A stretch of DNA of 60,594 bases from an uncultured delta proteobacterium (GCA_963803975.1 CAWDOY010000029.1:1-60594), one strand, 5' to 3'. Positions 32,917 through 43,434 are shown, counted from the stretch's first letter. Numbers and translations: made by a program. The notes: a model not told the origin generated them from the letters alone.

Positions 32917-34336
32917 ATGTTTGTACAGCAGTTTTTTGTTAAAGGCATTGCCCACAGCTCGTATCTGCTCGGGGGAGCAACAACCTGTGCCATTATTGAT
33001 CCCCGCCGCGATATCGAGATATACCTTGATGCGGCAAAAGAGATGAATATGAAGATAACCCACATCCTTGAAACCCATCTCCATGCTGATTTCATCTCCG
33101 GTCACCGTGAGCTTGCTGAAAAAACCGGGGCAGCAATCTATGCGCCAAAAAAAGGGCGCTGTTCCTTTAAACACACGGGTGTTTCAGAGGGCAGCACCTT
33201 TACCATTGAAGATATGAAGATCATTGTGTTTGAAACTCCCGGCCACACACCGGAGCATATTTCGTATGTTGTGACGGATCTGTCGCGGGGAGCCGACCCG
33301 GTTGCGGTCTTTTGCGGCGACACGCTCTTTGTCGGCGATGTGGGGCGGCCTGATCTGTTTCCCGGCATTGCCCGGGAACTTGCCGCGAAGCTCTATGGCA
33401 GCCTCCATGAAAAGCTCCTGACCCTGCCCCCCTATTGTGAGGTGTACCCGGCCCATGGCGCCGGATCCCTGTGCGGCAGGGCCATGGGAGCGAAAAGAAC
33501 CAGCACCATAGGGTATGAAAAAAAGTATAACGCTGCTTTAAAGATTAAAAATAAAGCCGCATTCATCACGTCTCTTACCACCAGCATGCCCCCGGCGCCT
33601 GACCACTTCAGCCGCTGCAGCGCGGTCAACGGCAAAGGGCCGGTCCTGGTCAGGAAATTGCCTGCCCTCGAGCCCCTGGAACCCGGGCAGTTCAGCAAAA
33701 GAGCAAAGCAGAAAAACGCGCTGGTGCTGGATATCCGGCCTTATGGATCGTTCTCAGGCGGTCATGTTCCCGGCGCATACCATATTGATTTCAGGATGAA
33801 CTTCGCCACCTTCGCCGGCTGGGTTCTGCCGCCGTCTGCGGAGATTCTCCTGGTTGCGGAAACACCCGGTACTGGCACAGGAAGCTGTGCTGTGGCTGCG
33901 GCGTGTCGGGCTGGACAAAGTCGCCGGGTATCTTGACGGCGGCATGTATGAGTGGGCAAAAGCAGCCCTCCCCCTGGCGCACGTCCCGCTGCTGTCTGCA
34001 GCGGAGCTGTATAAAAAAATTCAGAAAGGGGCTGCACTCACCCTGGTTGACGTGCGGGCGCAGCGTGAATTTGAATCCTCACATATCAGGGGCGCTCTGA
34101 ATATACCGGTCCCTGAGCTCCGGACCCGCTACAAGGAACTCAATCCGCGCGCGCCAGTCGCAGTCATCTGCAACACCGGCCAGCGCTCCAGCCTGGGCGC
34201 GAGCATCCTCAAGCAGCACGGGTTTCAGGAGGTCTATAATGCGGCCGGCGGCATGACCGCGTTCAGCGCCGCGGGCTACGCGGGTGAATGCCCGGTTTGT
34301 ATTGGCCCCCATGGCCCGCAATTAATCGCGAAGTAG
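32917..34336 (+). CDS. MBL-fold hydrolase with two rhodanese domains (persulfide dioxygenase/sulfurtransferase-like), frameshifted near 33870
   Basis: ETHLHADF, TPGHTPEH, GDVGRPDL, PAHGAGSLCG; DVR...ICNTGQRS. Confidence 0.9.
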
Positions 34337-34357
34337 AACAGCGAAAGGTATCGCCCT

Positions 34358-34873
34358 ATGGACATACTATCCATGAAACAATGGTCGCCCTATGCTGTCG
34401 GCATCGGCATTGGCCTGCTGAATTGCCTGGCCTTTCTTCTGTCCGACCGGTACATCGGCTGTTCCAAGGCCTTCTCCGACGGCTTTGGGGCAATAGAGCG
34501 GATATTTAAAGGCAGCCGGGTCCTGGAAAAACCCTATTACCGGAAATTTGTTCCGCAAATAGACTGGTTCCTGATGCTCGTCATCGGCATTGTCTTCGGC
34601 GCCTTTATCTCCGCATGGCTTTCCAACGAGCTGCAGGTTGTCTGGGTCCCTTCGCTCTGGGCCGCTCACTTCGGCCCCTCTGTTGCCGGCCGCTTCTTTG
34701 CCGCGCTGGCCGGAGGATTTTGCATCGGGCTTGGCGCGCGCTGGGCCGGCGGCTGCACCAGCGGCCATGGCATCAGCGGCACGATTCAGCTGGCGGTGAG
34801 CAGCTGGCTGGCAGTGCTCTGTTTTTTTGCCGGCGGCATTATAACCGCAGCGCTGCTGTTTAAAGTCCTGTAG
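34358..34873 (+). CDS. YeeE/YedE sulfur-compound transporter half (pair 2, A)
   Basis: WSPYAVG, GARWAGGCTSGHGISG. Confidence 0.9.
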   Translation: MDILSMKQWSPYAVGIGIGLLNCLAFLLSDRYIGCSKAFSDGFGAIERIFKGSRVLEKPYYRKFVPQIDWFLMLVIGIVFGAFISAWLSNELQVVWVPSLWAAHFGPSVAGRFFAALAGGFCIGLGARWAGGCTSGHGISGTIQLAVSSWLAVLCFFAGGIITAALLFKVL

Positions 34874-34894
34874 CCAATAGAAGGAGAACTATTT

Positions 34895-35565
34895 ATGCTC
34901 TCGTCAATCCGCTCCAATAAAAGTCTGCAGCTTGCAATCGGGCTGCTTATCGGGACCGGCTTCGGCTTTCTGCTGCAAAAAGGCGGGCTCACCAGCTACA
35001 ATGTCATTGTCGGGCAGCTGCTCTTCACTGATTTCAGCGTGCTGAAGACCATGATGACTGCCGTGATAACCGGCATGATCGGGGTCCATCTGCTGAAATC
35101 AGCAGGGCTTATCATTTTTCATCCCAAGCAGGGATCGCTCGGCGCAACAGTCATCGGCGGCCTTATCTTCGGCGCAGGGTTTGCGCTTCTGGGCTATTGC
35201 CCGGGAACGGTTGTCGGCGCAGCCGCCCAGGGCTCGTTCGACGCGCTGTTCGGCGGTATCGCGGGTATTACCATCGGCGCGGGCCTGTTTGCCGCGCTCT
35301 ATCCCCGGCTGGAGAAAGCTAACAGTTGTCGGCGCAGCGCCAGGGCTCATTCGACGCGCTGTTTGGCGGTATCGCGGGCATTACCATCGGCGCGGGCCTG
35401 TTTGCCGCGCTCTATCCCCGGCTGGAGAAAGGAATCCTTAAAAAAGGTTACTTTGGAGAGCTCACCCTGCCCGAGCTTCTGAAGGCGGGGGAATGGACGA
35501 TTATAATTCCTCTCTGCATCCTGATTATGGTGCTTTTTATTTTCCTGGAAAAATCAGGTTTTTAA
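34895..35565 (+). CDS. YeeE/YedE half (pair 2, B), disrupted by an internal ~113-bp tandem duplication
   Basis: GFGFLLQKG, LLGYCPGT; 35206-35318 is repeated at 35321-35431. Confidence 0.8.
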
Positions 35566-36881
35566 TGCCTGGCGCAAAAAAACCAAAGCTTCGCCCAAAA
35601 CTCCTCTTTGCCGACGAGCAGGGAACGATTTACAGCCACGACACGCTTGAGATGCTTGGCTGCAGCGGCTCTTCAATTGTGCGACCAGAGCCTTCCGATC
35701 TCACCATGCTGCCCCCCATGAGCAGGCTTTTCTTTCACCCCAACTGCCCGCCCTACGGCTATGACCCGAAAAAGAAGACCGTGGTGCGCCTGGCTGAAAT
35801 GAAAATCGGCAGGCGCAGGGTAAAGTGCAGCGCTGTGTCCGCCTTCATCCAGCAGGGCTGGGTGCGGCTGCTGCTCCCGGCAGTAGATTACGCAAAGAAA
35901 GATTACCAGCTGCCCCTCTGGGCCTACAGCGCGGTGGGGGACGCGGACGGCCAGTACTTCGCCCCTGCGTTTGAGATTGATGACAACTTCCGCTGGCACC
36001 CGGACCAGTTTGATGACCGCGCGCTCCCCCAGGCAGTGAGCGCGCGGCACGCGGAGTTTCCCGATAACCGCCTCTTAAAGCATCTTGAGCGCTGCGCCTG
36101 CGAGTACCACTGCTTCGCGGCAAAAAACTTTTTTCATCGCCGCTGGGAAGCCCCCATCCCCGTAAGCCCTGCCTGCAACTCCCAGTGCCTCGGCTGCATC
36201 TCGCTGCAGCCTGACAGCGCCTGCCTCGCGCCACAGGAGCGGATCAACTTTGTTCCCACGCTCGATGAGATCGTTCCGCCGTTTGTGCGCCATCTGAATG
36301 AGGCAGCTGACCCCATCATAAGTTTTGGCCAGGGCTGCGAGGGAGAGCCCATCACGCAGTGGAAGCGGATCAGCGAGGCAATCGCAGCAATACGCGCGGA
36401 GACTAAGCAGGGCACCATTAACTTGAATACCAACGGCAGTGTACCGCAATGGGTCGAGGCAATCTGCAAAAGCGGGCTTGACAGCATCCGCATCAGCCTG
36501 AGCAGCGCCCGCAAAGACCTCTATGACAAATATTACCGGCCGCAGAACTATAGCTTCGCGGATGTTGTCGAGTCGATACGACGCGCACGTGAGCGCGGGG
36601 TCTTCACCATGATAAACTATCTTATCTTTCCCGGCATCACTGACCAGCGGGAAGAGGTGGAGGCGCTGGTTAAGATAATAGAGGAGACGCAGCCCCATTT
36701 GATTCATTTCAAGAACTTAAATATTGACCCTGACTTTTATCTGAAGGCCATGGAAGCGACCGACGAGGCCGGCATCGGCATTAGAAAAGTGAAGGAGATA
36801 CTTGCCGCGGAATTTCCCCAGCTCCAGTTCGGCTACTACAACCGCACAAAAGAAAATTTTGCGATAACAAGAGCAAAATAA
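35565..36881 (+). CDS. Radical SAM protein
   Basis: CNSQCLGC, SFGQGCEGEP, NLNTNG. Confidence 0.9.
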   Translation: MPGAKKPKLRPKLLFADEQGTIYSHDTLEMLGCSGSSIVRPEPSDLTMLPPMSRLFFHPNCPPYGYDPKKKTVVRLAEMKIGRRRVKCSAVSAFIQQGWVRLLLPAVDYAKKDYQLPLWAYSAVGDADGQYFAPAFEIDDNFRWHPDQFDDRALPQAVSARHAEFPDNRLLKHLERCACEYHCFAAKNFFHRRWEAPIPVSPACNSQCLGCISLQPDSACLAPQERINFVPTLDEIVPPFVRHLNEAADPIISFGQGCEGEPITQWKRISEAIAAIRAETKQGTINLNTNGSVPQWVEAICKSGLDSIRISLSSARKDLYDKYYRPQNYSFADVVESIRRARERGVFTMINYLIFPGITDQREEVEALVKIIEETQPHLIHFKNLNIDPDFYLKAMEATDEAGIGIRKVKEILAAEFPQLQFGYYNRTKENFAITRAK

Positions 36882-37237
36882 GAAAGCTGTCAGCCATCAG
36901 CTTGCAGCAAATGCGTTTCAGTGTCCACGATTCACTTTTCCGCTAGCCACGGGCCCTGCCCCGAGTCGCTGGTCCCAGAGTTCACTGGCCACTTATTTTC
37001 ACTCGGCCCCTCGAATCCTCGACCTCCTTGTGCCTCTGTACTCGCCTATTCCCCTAACCCCGAATCCCTATTCACCGACTCACCCATTCACCGATTCCCC
37101 AATTCCCTGACCTCGGTCAACAAACAGCTTGAAAATTCTCCATAAATATGAGATACCGTTAACAGCATAAAAACCATCGGCGCTATCACACGCAACGATC
37201 TCACACAGCACATGAACTGTATGACAACGCTCTAAGT

Positions 37238-37276
37238 AAACCCCTTTGAAGACTTTTGTTTCAAAGGGGTTTTTTT
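37238..37276 (+). terminator. Rho-independent terminator
   Basis: AAACCCCTTTGAA / TTCAAAGGGGTTTTTTT. Confidence 0.7.
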
Positions 37277-37410
37277 ATTTACCGCACCCGGTTTAACTTT
37301 TTTCAAGGTAGTGTCAATAGGGAACAGGATGAAACCACAGAGACCACAGATAAGCGTCATCTGTGGCCAGCTTTCGGTCGAGGGCTCGCTTTCTAAGAAA
37401 ACGAGTAACG

Positions 37411-37512
37411 AGTTGGAAGAGTTAAGGAGTTGCGAGTGCTGAGTTTGTTAACTCCTAAACTCCTCGACTCCAATACTCATAAACCAACGCGTACTGTGGT
37501 TAGTTTTGATAA
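37411..37512 (+). repeat. ~100-bp direct repeat, copy 1 (copy 2 at 39730-39832), internally palindromic GAGTT/AACTC units
   Basis: AGTTGGAAGAGTTAAGGAGTT...GAGTTTGTTAACTCCT.AACTCCTCGACTCCAA...CTGTGGTTA occurs in both copies. Confidence 0.8.
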
Positions 37513-37541
37513 TAACTTTTTTCAAGAAAAGGAGAACGGCT

Positions 37542-39698
37542 ATGGAAAAGAAGGCAAGAATTTTATTTCTGGCTGCAGCACTGCTGCTGCTCGGAACCGC
37601 GTCCGGTTTTGCTGCCGCTGCGAGCGACAAGATCGGTGTTCTGATTACTGAATGGGGCACCCCCGCGCGCTACATCTTTGAATATTCCTGGGACAATAAT
37701 TACTGGTGCCGCGTCGGCGACCTCACCGAGTACGAGGGCCAGCCCTGTAAAATAGGTCACGTGGGCAAGTTTGTTGAAGTTGACGGCGAGTCCTATTCCA
37801 TGGAAACCCATCTCGGGCTTATGCCCTGGGGGCTGAACCATAAATACCCCGGCTTTGAGTACACCTATGACCGCTCCGGCATTTATAAACTTGAAAACGG
37901 CGTTTATAAGTCCATCCACCCCGAGGGAAAATCATACACCGCGGCGGAAGTTCCCGACAATGTCACCATTGTCCCGGCCCGCGAATTCATTGACACCATG
38001 ACCGACGCGCTGCAGTTCCCCCTTGACCCCCGCGACAACAGTGACCCGCTTGAAGGGTGGTATAAGTTTGATTCCAAGGACATGCAGAACAACCCGTTCC
38101 AGAACGGGCTCTGCGACTTCTACGAAAACAACAACATAACCTTCATCTACTATTATGTGCTCATGGGCATGCCGGTTGAGCCCTGGCAGGCAAAGGACAT
38201 CACCGACCCCATGCTCTTCTACAGCATCGGCGGCGACCGCTTCCAGATGACGAAAGACCTTCTTGAAGAGGCTTTCGGCGATGTGGTTGATGTGCGCTAC
38301 GGCGGGCATACCGGCATTCCCGGCCACACCAAGCATGAGATCGAGGTGGCAAAGGAGTTCGCCCAGGAAGGCGTGAGAAAGATGGTGGTCTCGCGCGAGA
38401 CCACTGACTACAACCATTACGCTGATGACTTTCTCATGATGAATTATGTGAAGGAGGCGGTCTGCGAGGAGAACGCGCTTGATGAAACCGCGTTCGCTAA
38501 AATTAACCAGATCGGCCGCACCCCTGAGTTCAACGCCATGAACATCAAGATGCTCAGGCCCTATATTGAATCATATCCCGAGGGCAGCACCATCGCCATG
38601 ATCTATGTCACCCACGGCCTCTCCTGGCCGGGCCGGGAGACCTACGGGTTCATGGGCGTGCAGTTCCCCTGGTGGAAGGAAGTGATTCATGAGAACGGAT
38701 TTCTTAACTATCTCTCATGGAAGAACGCCCTGCAGAAAGAGTTCGGCAGCCGCTATAACCTGGTCTTCAGCAAAAATAACAGCACTCTGCTGAAAGACAG
38801 CCTGTTCACCTACGGCTATTTCACGCCGGAGCGTCTGAGCGGCGCCTTTTACACCATCCGCGAGTGCATGAACATGGCACTGGAGATGGGCGTAAAGAAT
38901 ATGATCATCGCACCCTGCCACTGGTATTCAGACAACCAGGACACGCAGGTCATAATGCGCAAGAACAACCATTTGAAGTTCACGCCCAAGGCTGACCTGG
39001 CCAAGGGAAAGTATGACGTCACCTACTGCGAAGACGCTGAAGGAAAAGAAATCGCCTGCAGCGGCAGCGAGGCAGCCCACATCACCATCACCTCCTCCTA
39101 CACTGACCAGCCCGATGACTTTGCCATGGTCTATTACGTGGTGCTGCGGGGCGGCGTGGAAAAATTAGGCGTCTACCCGAAGGACGCGGGAATTACCATC
39201 GAAGCGTCAAACCTCATCACCAAAAAGGACGGCGGCGCGGTTGTTGTGAATAAATTCCTCAACCCAATCAACAAGGCAAAGATCGAGATCCCCGCTGACC
39301 CGTCCCCTGAATATCCGGATAACTTTACGCCGCCGGAGCAGGGTCTTGCAACTGCCGCAGTCGCCTTCAGCGACCCGGACAAACCCTATGACTGCATGTG
39401 GGAAGACACGGAGATACGGATCGGCCAGCAGGGTAATGTGCCGGCGATGAAGACCGCGCGGCAGGCCGGCCCGGCAGTGTACATCGGCCCCTACCGGACG
39501 CTCTTCAACAAGGATGTGACCATCACCATCCCGTACCGCAGGCTCCTTGCAAGCCCGTCCAAGGTGCAGCCCTTTATCTATAACGAGCTCACCAAAGACT
39601 GGGATGCAATCGACGGCGGCCAGGCTGATTTTATGAAGGGCACAATCACCTTTAAGACCAAGGTGCTGGGCCTGTTCCGGGCAGGAGTTGCTCAATAA
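37542..39698 (+). CDS. Secreted ferrochelatase (HemH)-fold protein with C-terminal beta domain
   Basis: Signal peptide; KIGVLITEWGTP, MIYVTHGL and MIIAPCHWYSDNQDT occur in HemH order. Confidence 0.6.
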   Translation: MEKKARILFLAAALLLLGTASGFAAAASDKIGVLITEWGTPARYIFEYSWDNNYWCRVGDLTEYEGQPCKIGHVGKFVEVDGESYSMETHLGLMPWGLNHKYPGFEYTYDRSGIYKLENGVYKSIHPEGKSYTAAEVPDNVTIVPAREFIDTMTDALQFPLDPRDNSDPLEGWYKFDSKDMQNNPFQNGLCDFYENNNITFIYYYVLMGMPVEPWQAKDITDPMLFYSIGGDRFQMTKDLLEEAFGDVVDVRYGGHTGIPGHTKHEIEVAKEFAQEGVRKMVVSRETTDYNHYADDFLMMNYVKEAVCEENALDETAFAKINQIGRTPEFNAMNIKMLRPYIESYPEGSTIAMIYVTHGLSWPGRETYGFMGVQFPWWKEVIHENGFLNYLSWKNALQKEFGSRYNLVFSKNNSTLLKDSLFTYGYFTPERLSGAFYTIRECMNMALEMGVKNMIIAPCHWYSDNQDTQVIMRKNNHLKFTPKADLAKGKYDVTYCEDAEGKEIACSGSEAAHITITSSYTDQPDDFAMVYYVVLRGGVEKLGVYPKDAGITIEASNLITKKDGGAVVVNKFLNPINKAKIEIPADPSPEYPDNFTPPEQGLATAAVAFSDPDKPYDCMWEDTEIRIGQQGNVPAMKTARQAGPAVYIGPYRTLFNKDVTITIPYRRLLASPSKVQPFIYNELTKDWDAIDGGQADFMKGTITFKTKVLGLFRAGVAQ

Positions 39699-39858
39699 GT
39701 TTAAAATTTGAGAGGACACAGAAATTACAAGTTGGAAGAGTTAAGGAGTTACGAGTTCAGGAGTTTGTTAACTCCTGAACTCCTCGACTCCAAACTCATA
39801 AACTCTGCGTTCTGTGGTTAATTTTTGACAAAACGCTTAGATAGAAAAGGAGATATAT

Positions 39859-40452
39859 GTGATTAAAATATTAGTAAAAAAGAGGCTGTTTTTTTATGCA
39901 ATGTTTTTCATAGTACTTTCAGGGAGAATAGCCATGAGTGCAGAGACAGGAGAGCTGCTTATTTCTAACTTTGACAAGCCCGGCGAGGGAAATATCTGGC
40001 GGGTTATAAACGATGGGGTAATGGGTGGGATTTCATCAAGCACCTGGAATATCACGGAGAATGGCGCCGCAGTGTTCGCCGGAAACGTTTCCCTTGAAAA
40101 CAATGGCGGGTTTGCCTCGGTGCGCTCCGCGGTGGGCACCTATGACCTGAGCAAATACAAGGGAATAGTGCTCCGTGTAAAAGCTGATGGTAAACGCTAC
40201 AACCTCAATCTAAAAACCGATGCAGAGTTTGACAGCATCCTGTATAAGGCGGAATTTGGGACTGAAAAAGAGAAATGGCAGCTTATTAAGATTCCCTTTT
40301 CCAGTTTCTCTCCCACCTATCATGGTTTTGTACCTCCTGATGCGCCAAAGCTTGACACCAAAGAGATTAGAAGATTTGGCTTTCTAATCGCAGATAAGCA
40401 GCAAGGTCCGTTTCGTTTAGAAATTGCCTGGATTAAGGCATATCGCGATTAA
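39859..40452 (+). CDS. CIA30-family protein
   Basis: WRVINDGVMGGIS, VSLENNGGFASVR, DKQQGPFRLEI. Confidence 0.92.
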   Translation: MIKILVKKRLFFYAMFFIVLSGRIAMSAETGELLISNFDKPGEGNIWRVINDGVMGGISSSTWNITENGAAVFAGNVSLENNGGFASVRSAVGTYDLSKYKGIVLRVKADGKRYNLNLKTDAEFDSILYKAEFGTEKEKWQLIKIPFSSFSPTYHGFVPPDAPKLDTKEIRRFGFLIADKQQGPFRLEIAWIKAYRD

Positions 40453-40463
40453 GCAGTCTTTTC

Positions 40464-40592
40464 CAGGCTGGTCAAAAGCATCCGGATGCAAGGCGCGCGA
40501 AATCAAGAGGAATGAGGTCCCGATAGCTCAATACTCCGGAATGATCGAAGGATGAGCGCATCGCGAGCAGACGAATGTTTTTCAACAGCCTG
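40464..40592. repeat. MITE-like element, copy 3
   Basis: Same termini and core as copies 1 and 2; lies between convergent genes. Confidence 0.8.
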
Positions 40593-41868
40593 TTAGAATG
40601 TCCAGTGGGGCCGCGTCTGCCATCCATGCGGCCACCGTCTCCCGCAGCCATGCCTCAAGCCCCGGCACCATGTAGAATCTCGGGAGCAGCAGGTCATCAT
40701 CAGGTGAAATCAATCCGTCGGCAACAGCGGTTTGGGCGAGTTCCGTACCGGGATAGATGCGGATGCCGATACTGATCTTCATCGCGTCAAGGGGAAGGGA
40801 GTCTGCGAACATGAGGCTCTCTTCAACCGAACCCCTTGTTTCCCCCGGCCCGCCCAGAAGCAGAAACCCCATCTGCTTGATTTTATATTTCACCAGAAGC
40901 TCTGAAGTTCTTCGCACCTCGGAAAGAGTATATTTCTTGTTCATGATGCTAAGAATCTTCTCGCAGCCGCTCTCAAACCCCAGGCTCACTTCACGGCAGC
41001 CGGCCTCTGCCATCGCTTTTATCAGCTCTTCCTCGATGTTGCCCGGATAGAGAATACACACCCAGGTTATATCTAATTTTCTTTCTATGATCCGCTGGCA
41101 CAGCTCAAGAGCGTATGACGGCGGCATGTTGAAAGTGTTGTCCGTGAAATAGAAGCGCTTGAACCCCAGGGCAGCATGGCGGGCAAGTCCGTCAACAACT
41201 GATTCAGTTGAGCGCTTGCGCAGCGCTGTCCCCTCGATGGTTGCGGTTGAGCAGTAGTTGCAGCCAAGGGCGCAGCCGCGCCTGGTCTGAAGCGGGATGA
41301 GAATATCTTCGCCTGCAGTTGGCGGCAGAGTCCAGAGGTGTTCATCGGGAAAGGGAATGCTGTCAAGGTTTTTGGTAAAGAGCCGCTCTCCCTGCAGCCC
41401 GCGGCCGGGCAGATAGATGCCGGGGATGTCAGCAAGGCTGGCACCCTTCTGCAGTTTATCAAGAAGCTCCGGGAATGCCGCCTCCCCTTCGCCCTGGATG
41501 CCGGCATCAGCGCCCAGGTATGAGAGCACGCTTTCAGGAAATATGCTGTACCCTGCTCCGCCAAGAATTACAGGCGCGCGGGAATGGCTGCGGCAGGCAG
41601 CAATTACATCCTTTACCTCCTGCAGCAGGAACCGGGTGTTCTCCATGCTCTGATCATCGATATTTCTAACTGCTATGCCGATGACCTCAGGCCGAAAGCT
41701 TTCTATCGCAGCCTTCACCCGCGCCAGCGGCTCCTGCGATGCAAGCAGATCAAGAACTTCCACCTCATGCCCGGCAGCTTTTGTTGCCGTGGCCACGCTC
41801 ACCAGCCCCAGCGGCAGGGTGGGCATGTTGATGTCAGAGGTGTTGGCGGAGATAAGAAGGACTTTCAT
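40582..41868 (-). CDS. Cobalamin-binding radical SAM protein
   Basis: PLGL, RNID, ILGG, QTRRGCALGCNYC, FTDNTFN; true end probably TAA at 40593-40595. Confidence 0.9.
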   Translation of the reverse strand: MKVLLISANTSDINMPTLPLGLVSVATATKAAGHEVEVLDLLASQEPLARVKAAIESFRPEVIGIAVRNIDDQSMENTRFLLQEVKDVIAACRSHSRAPVILGGAGYSIFPESVLSYLGADAGIQGEGEAAFPELLDKLQKGASLADIPGIYLPGRGLQGERLFTKNLDSIPFPDEHLWTLPPTAGEDILIPLQTRRGCALGCNYCSTATIEGTALRKRSTESVVDGLARHAALGFKRFYFTDNTFNMPPSYALELCQRIIERKLDITWVCILYPGNIEEELIKAMAEAGCREVSLGFESGCEKILSIMNKKYTLSEVRRTSELLVKYKIKQMGFLLLGGPGETRGSVEESLMFADSLPLDAMKISIGIRIYPGTELAQTAVADGLISPDDDLLLPRFYMVPGLEAWLRETVAAWMADAAPLDILTGC

Positions 41869-42169
41869 AATTAGACTTTCGTCTCCCCTTGTCCCATCGA
41901 CCGTAAGCTCCCTTCGGGTCTGAGCCTCAGGGTCGAAGACAGGGCCGAACGGCAAGGGGAGATACAGAGGGGTCGTAAGGTTCACGCCGAAGCGAAGCGC
42001 GGCAATCTCCTCTTCTAAACAACTATAAATAAAATTATAACTGAAATTCACTGGCGGGAGAAGACAATAAAACTGGAGGCCTGAGTCTTCGATAATCAAT
42101 AGTGCAAACTTAATTTTTTCAGTACATACTTTTATATTGCTAAATAGCCCTATTAAGTTTACTTATAGA

Positions 42170-42253
42170 ATTGATATCATCAGGATCATAGGCGCCGGAT
42201 TCTGGCGAAAGGGGAAGAAACTATATGAAGAAGAAAATAAAATACACGGATGA
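42170..42253 (+). pseudogene. C-terminal remnant of a BrnT-family toxin
   Basis: IRIIGAGFWRKGKKLYEEENKIHG* overlaps the antitoxin start; no intact N-terminus. Confidence 0.6.
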
Positions 42254-42455
42254 GCCGATGGGAAAAGTCTGGAAAGTGTCTGACTTCCTCCCGTCACCGA
42301 AAGATCTTGTTTTAAAGGATGAAACAGTAAAAGTAACTATTTCTTTAAGCAAGGCAAGCGTGGAATTTTTCAAGGAAGAGGCCCGGAAGCATAAGACACA
42401 ATACCAGAGAATGATCAGACGGCTTCTTGACGAATACACAGCGCACCAGCTATAG
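42225..42455 (+). CDS. CopG/BrnA-like antitoxin
   Basis: DFLPSPKDL, KVTISLS, YQRMIRRLLDEY ribbon-helix-helix. Confidence 0.8.
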   Translation: MKKKIKYTDEPMGKVWKVSDFLPSPKDLVLKDETVKVTISLSKASVEFFKEEARKHKTQYQRMIRRLLDEYTAHQL

Positions 42456-42536
42456 ACTTTGCACAACCTGCGGTCTGCAATTCACGAAAACGGGCGATGT
42501 CTCCATTATACTAAATACATTTACAACGGTGTGGTT

Positions 42537-43046
42537 ATGAAGATAGCAGTAAGAGTATTATTGATATGGTTATTTGCGGTGCTTTGTGTCTGCAGCTGGA
42601 CATACCCAGGATACTGCCAAGACAAAACACGAAAAGACTATTACCCTAATGGTGCATTAAAGTTTGAGGTGAATTTAAAAAACGGCAGACCGGAAGGCAT
42701 AGGGAAGGCATACTACCAGAGTGGCGAGGTATTTAAGAAGATTAATTATAAGAACGGCAAACGGGAAGGCATAGCGAAGACGTACTACGAGAGCGGCAAG
42801 GTATGGGCAGAGAAGAAGTATAAGAACAACAATCAGGTAGGCATAGAGAAGATATATTCACGAGACGGTCAGTTATTTAAGGAGAAGAACTATAAGAACA
42901 ACAAACCGGAAGGTATAGAGAAGATATATGCCGGAAGCGGCAAGTTAATTAGGGAGTATAATTATAAGGCTGGCAAAAAAATATCAGCAGTTTGTTATGA
43001 TGAACAGGGAAACAAAATTGAATGCCCTAAATTGGACAAAAAGTAG
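42537..43046 (+). CDS. Secreted MORN-variant repeat (YwqK-like) protein
   Basis: Signal peptide; ~24-aa repeats YYxSG...NYKNGKxEG. Confidence 0.85.
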   Translation: MKIAVRVLLIWLFAVLCVCSWTYPGYCQDKTRKDYYPNGALKFEVNLKNGRPEGIGKAYYQSGEVFKKINYKNGKREGIAKTYYESGKVWAEKKYKNNNQVGIEKIYSRDGQLFKEKNYKNNKPEGIEKIYAGSGKLIREYNYKAGKKISAVCYDEQGNKIECPKLDKK

Positions 43047-43291
43047 TGTGTATTGCCACTAAGTGGCGATGGCGGAAATAGAAATCAATATTGGTAAGGT
43101 AAGCAGGGTCAGCAATGGCGCTGCCTTTACAGCGCAGTAAATTATGCAGTAGACAGGATACGGCAAGAGGGAACACCGTGTATGACTTTGCACAACCTGC
43201 GGACTGCAATTCACAAAAACGTTCGCTGTCCCTATTATCCTGAATTCTCTGTTTGCCAAAACTCGGCCATGATTGCATACAAATATTTCTA

Positions 43292-43434
43292 TTGACTGCT
43301 TCCCCCCGCAGGAATAAAATAAAATGCAATAAAAAGGGGGCTCGTATGTACGGAATATACACAGGGAAAATTCACAGTGCCGGTAATAATTCCAACCCTA
43401 TCAGTCTGCGTGGCTGATGGGGTTTTGTTTTTTT
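43292..43434 (+). promoter_or_regulatory. Promoter, leader and terminator (attenuator-like 5' region)
   Basis: TTGACT-N17-TAAAAT; uORF 43346-43417; hairpin 43394-43424 with T-run just before RBS AAGGAGG. Confidence 0.55.
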
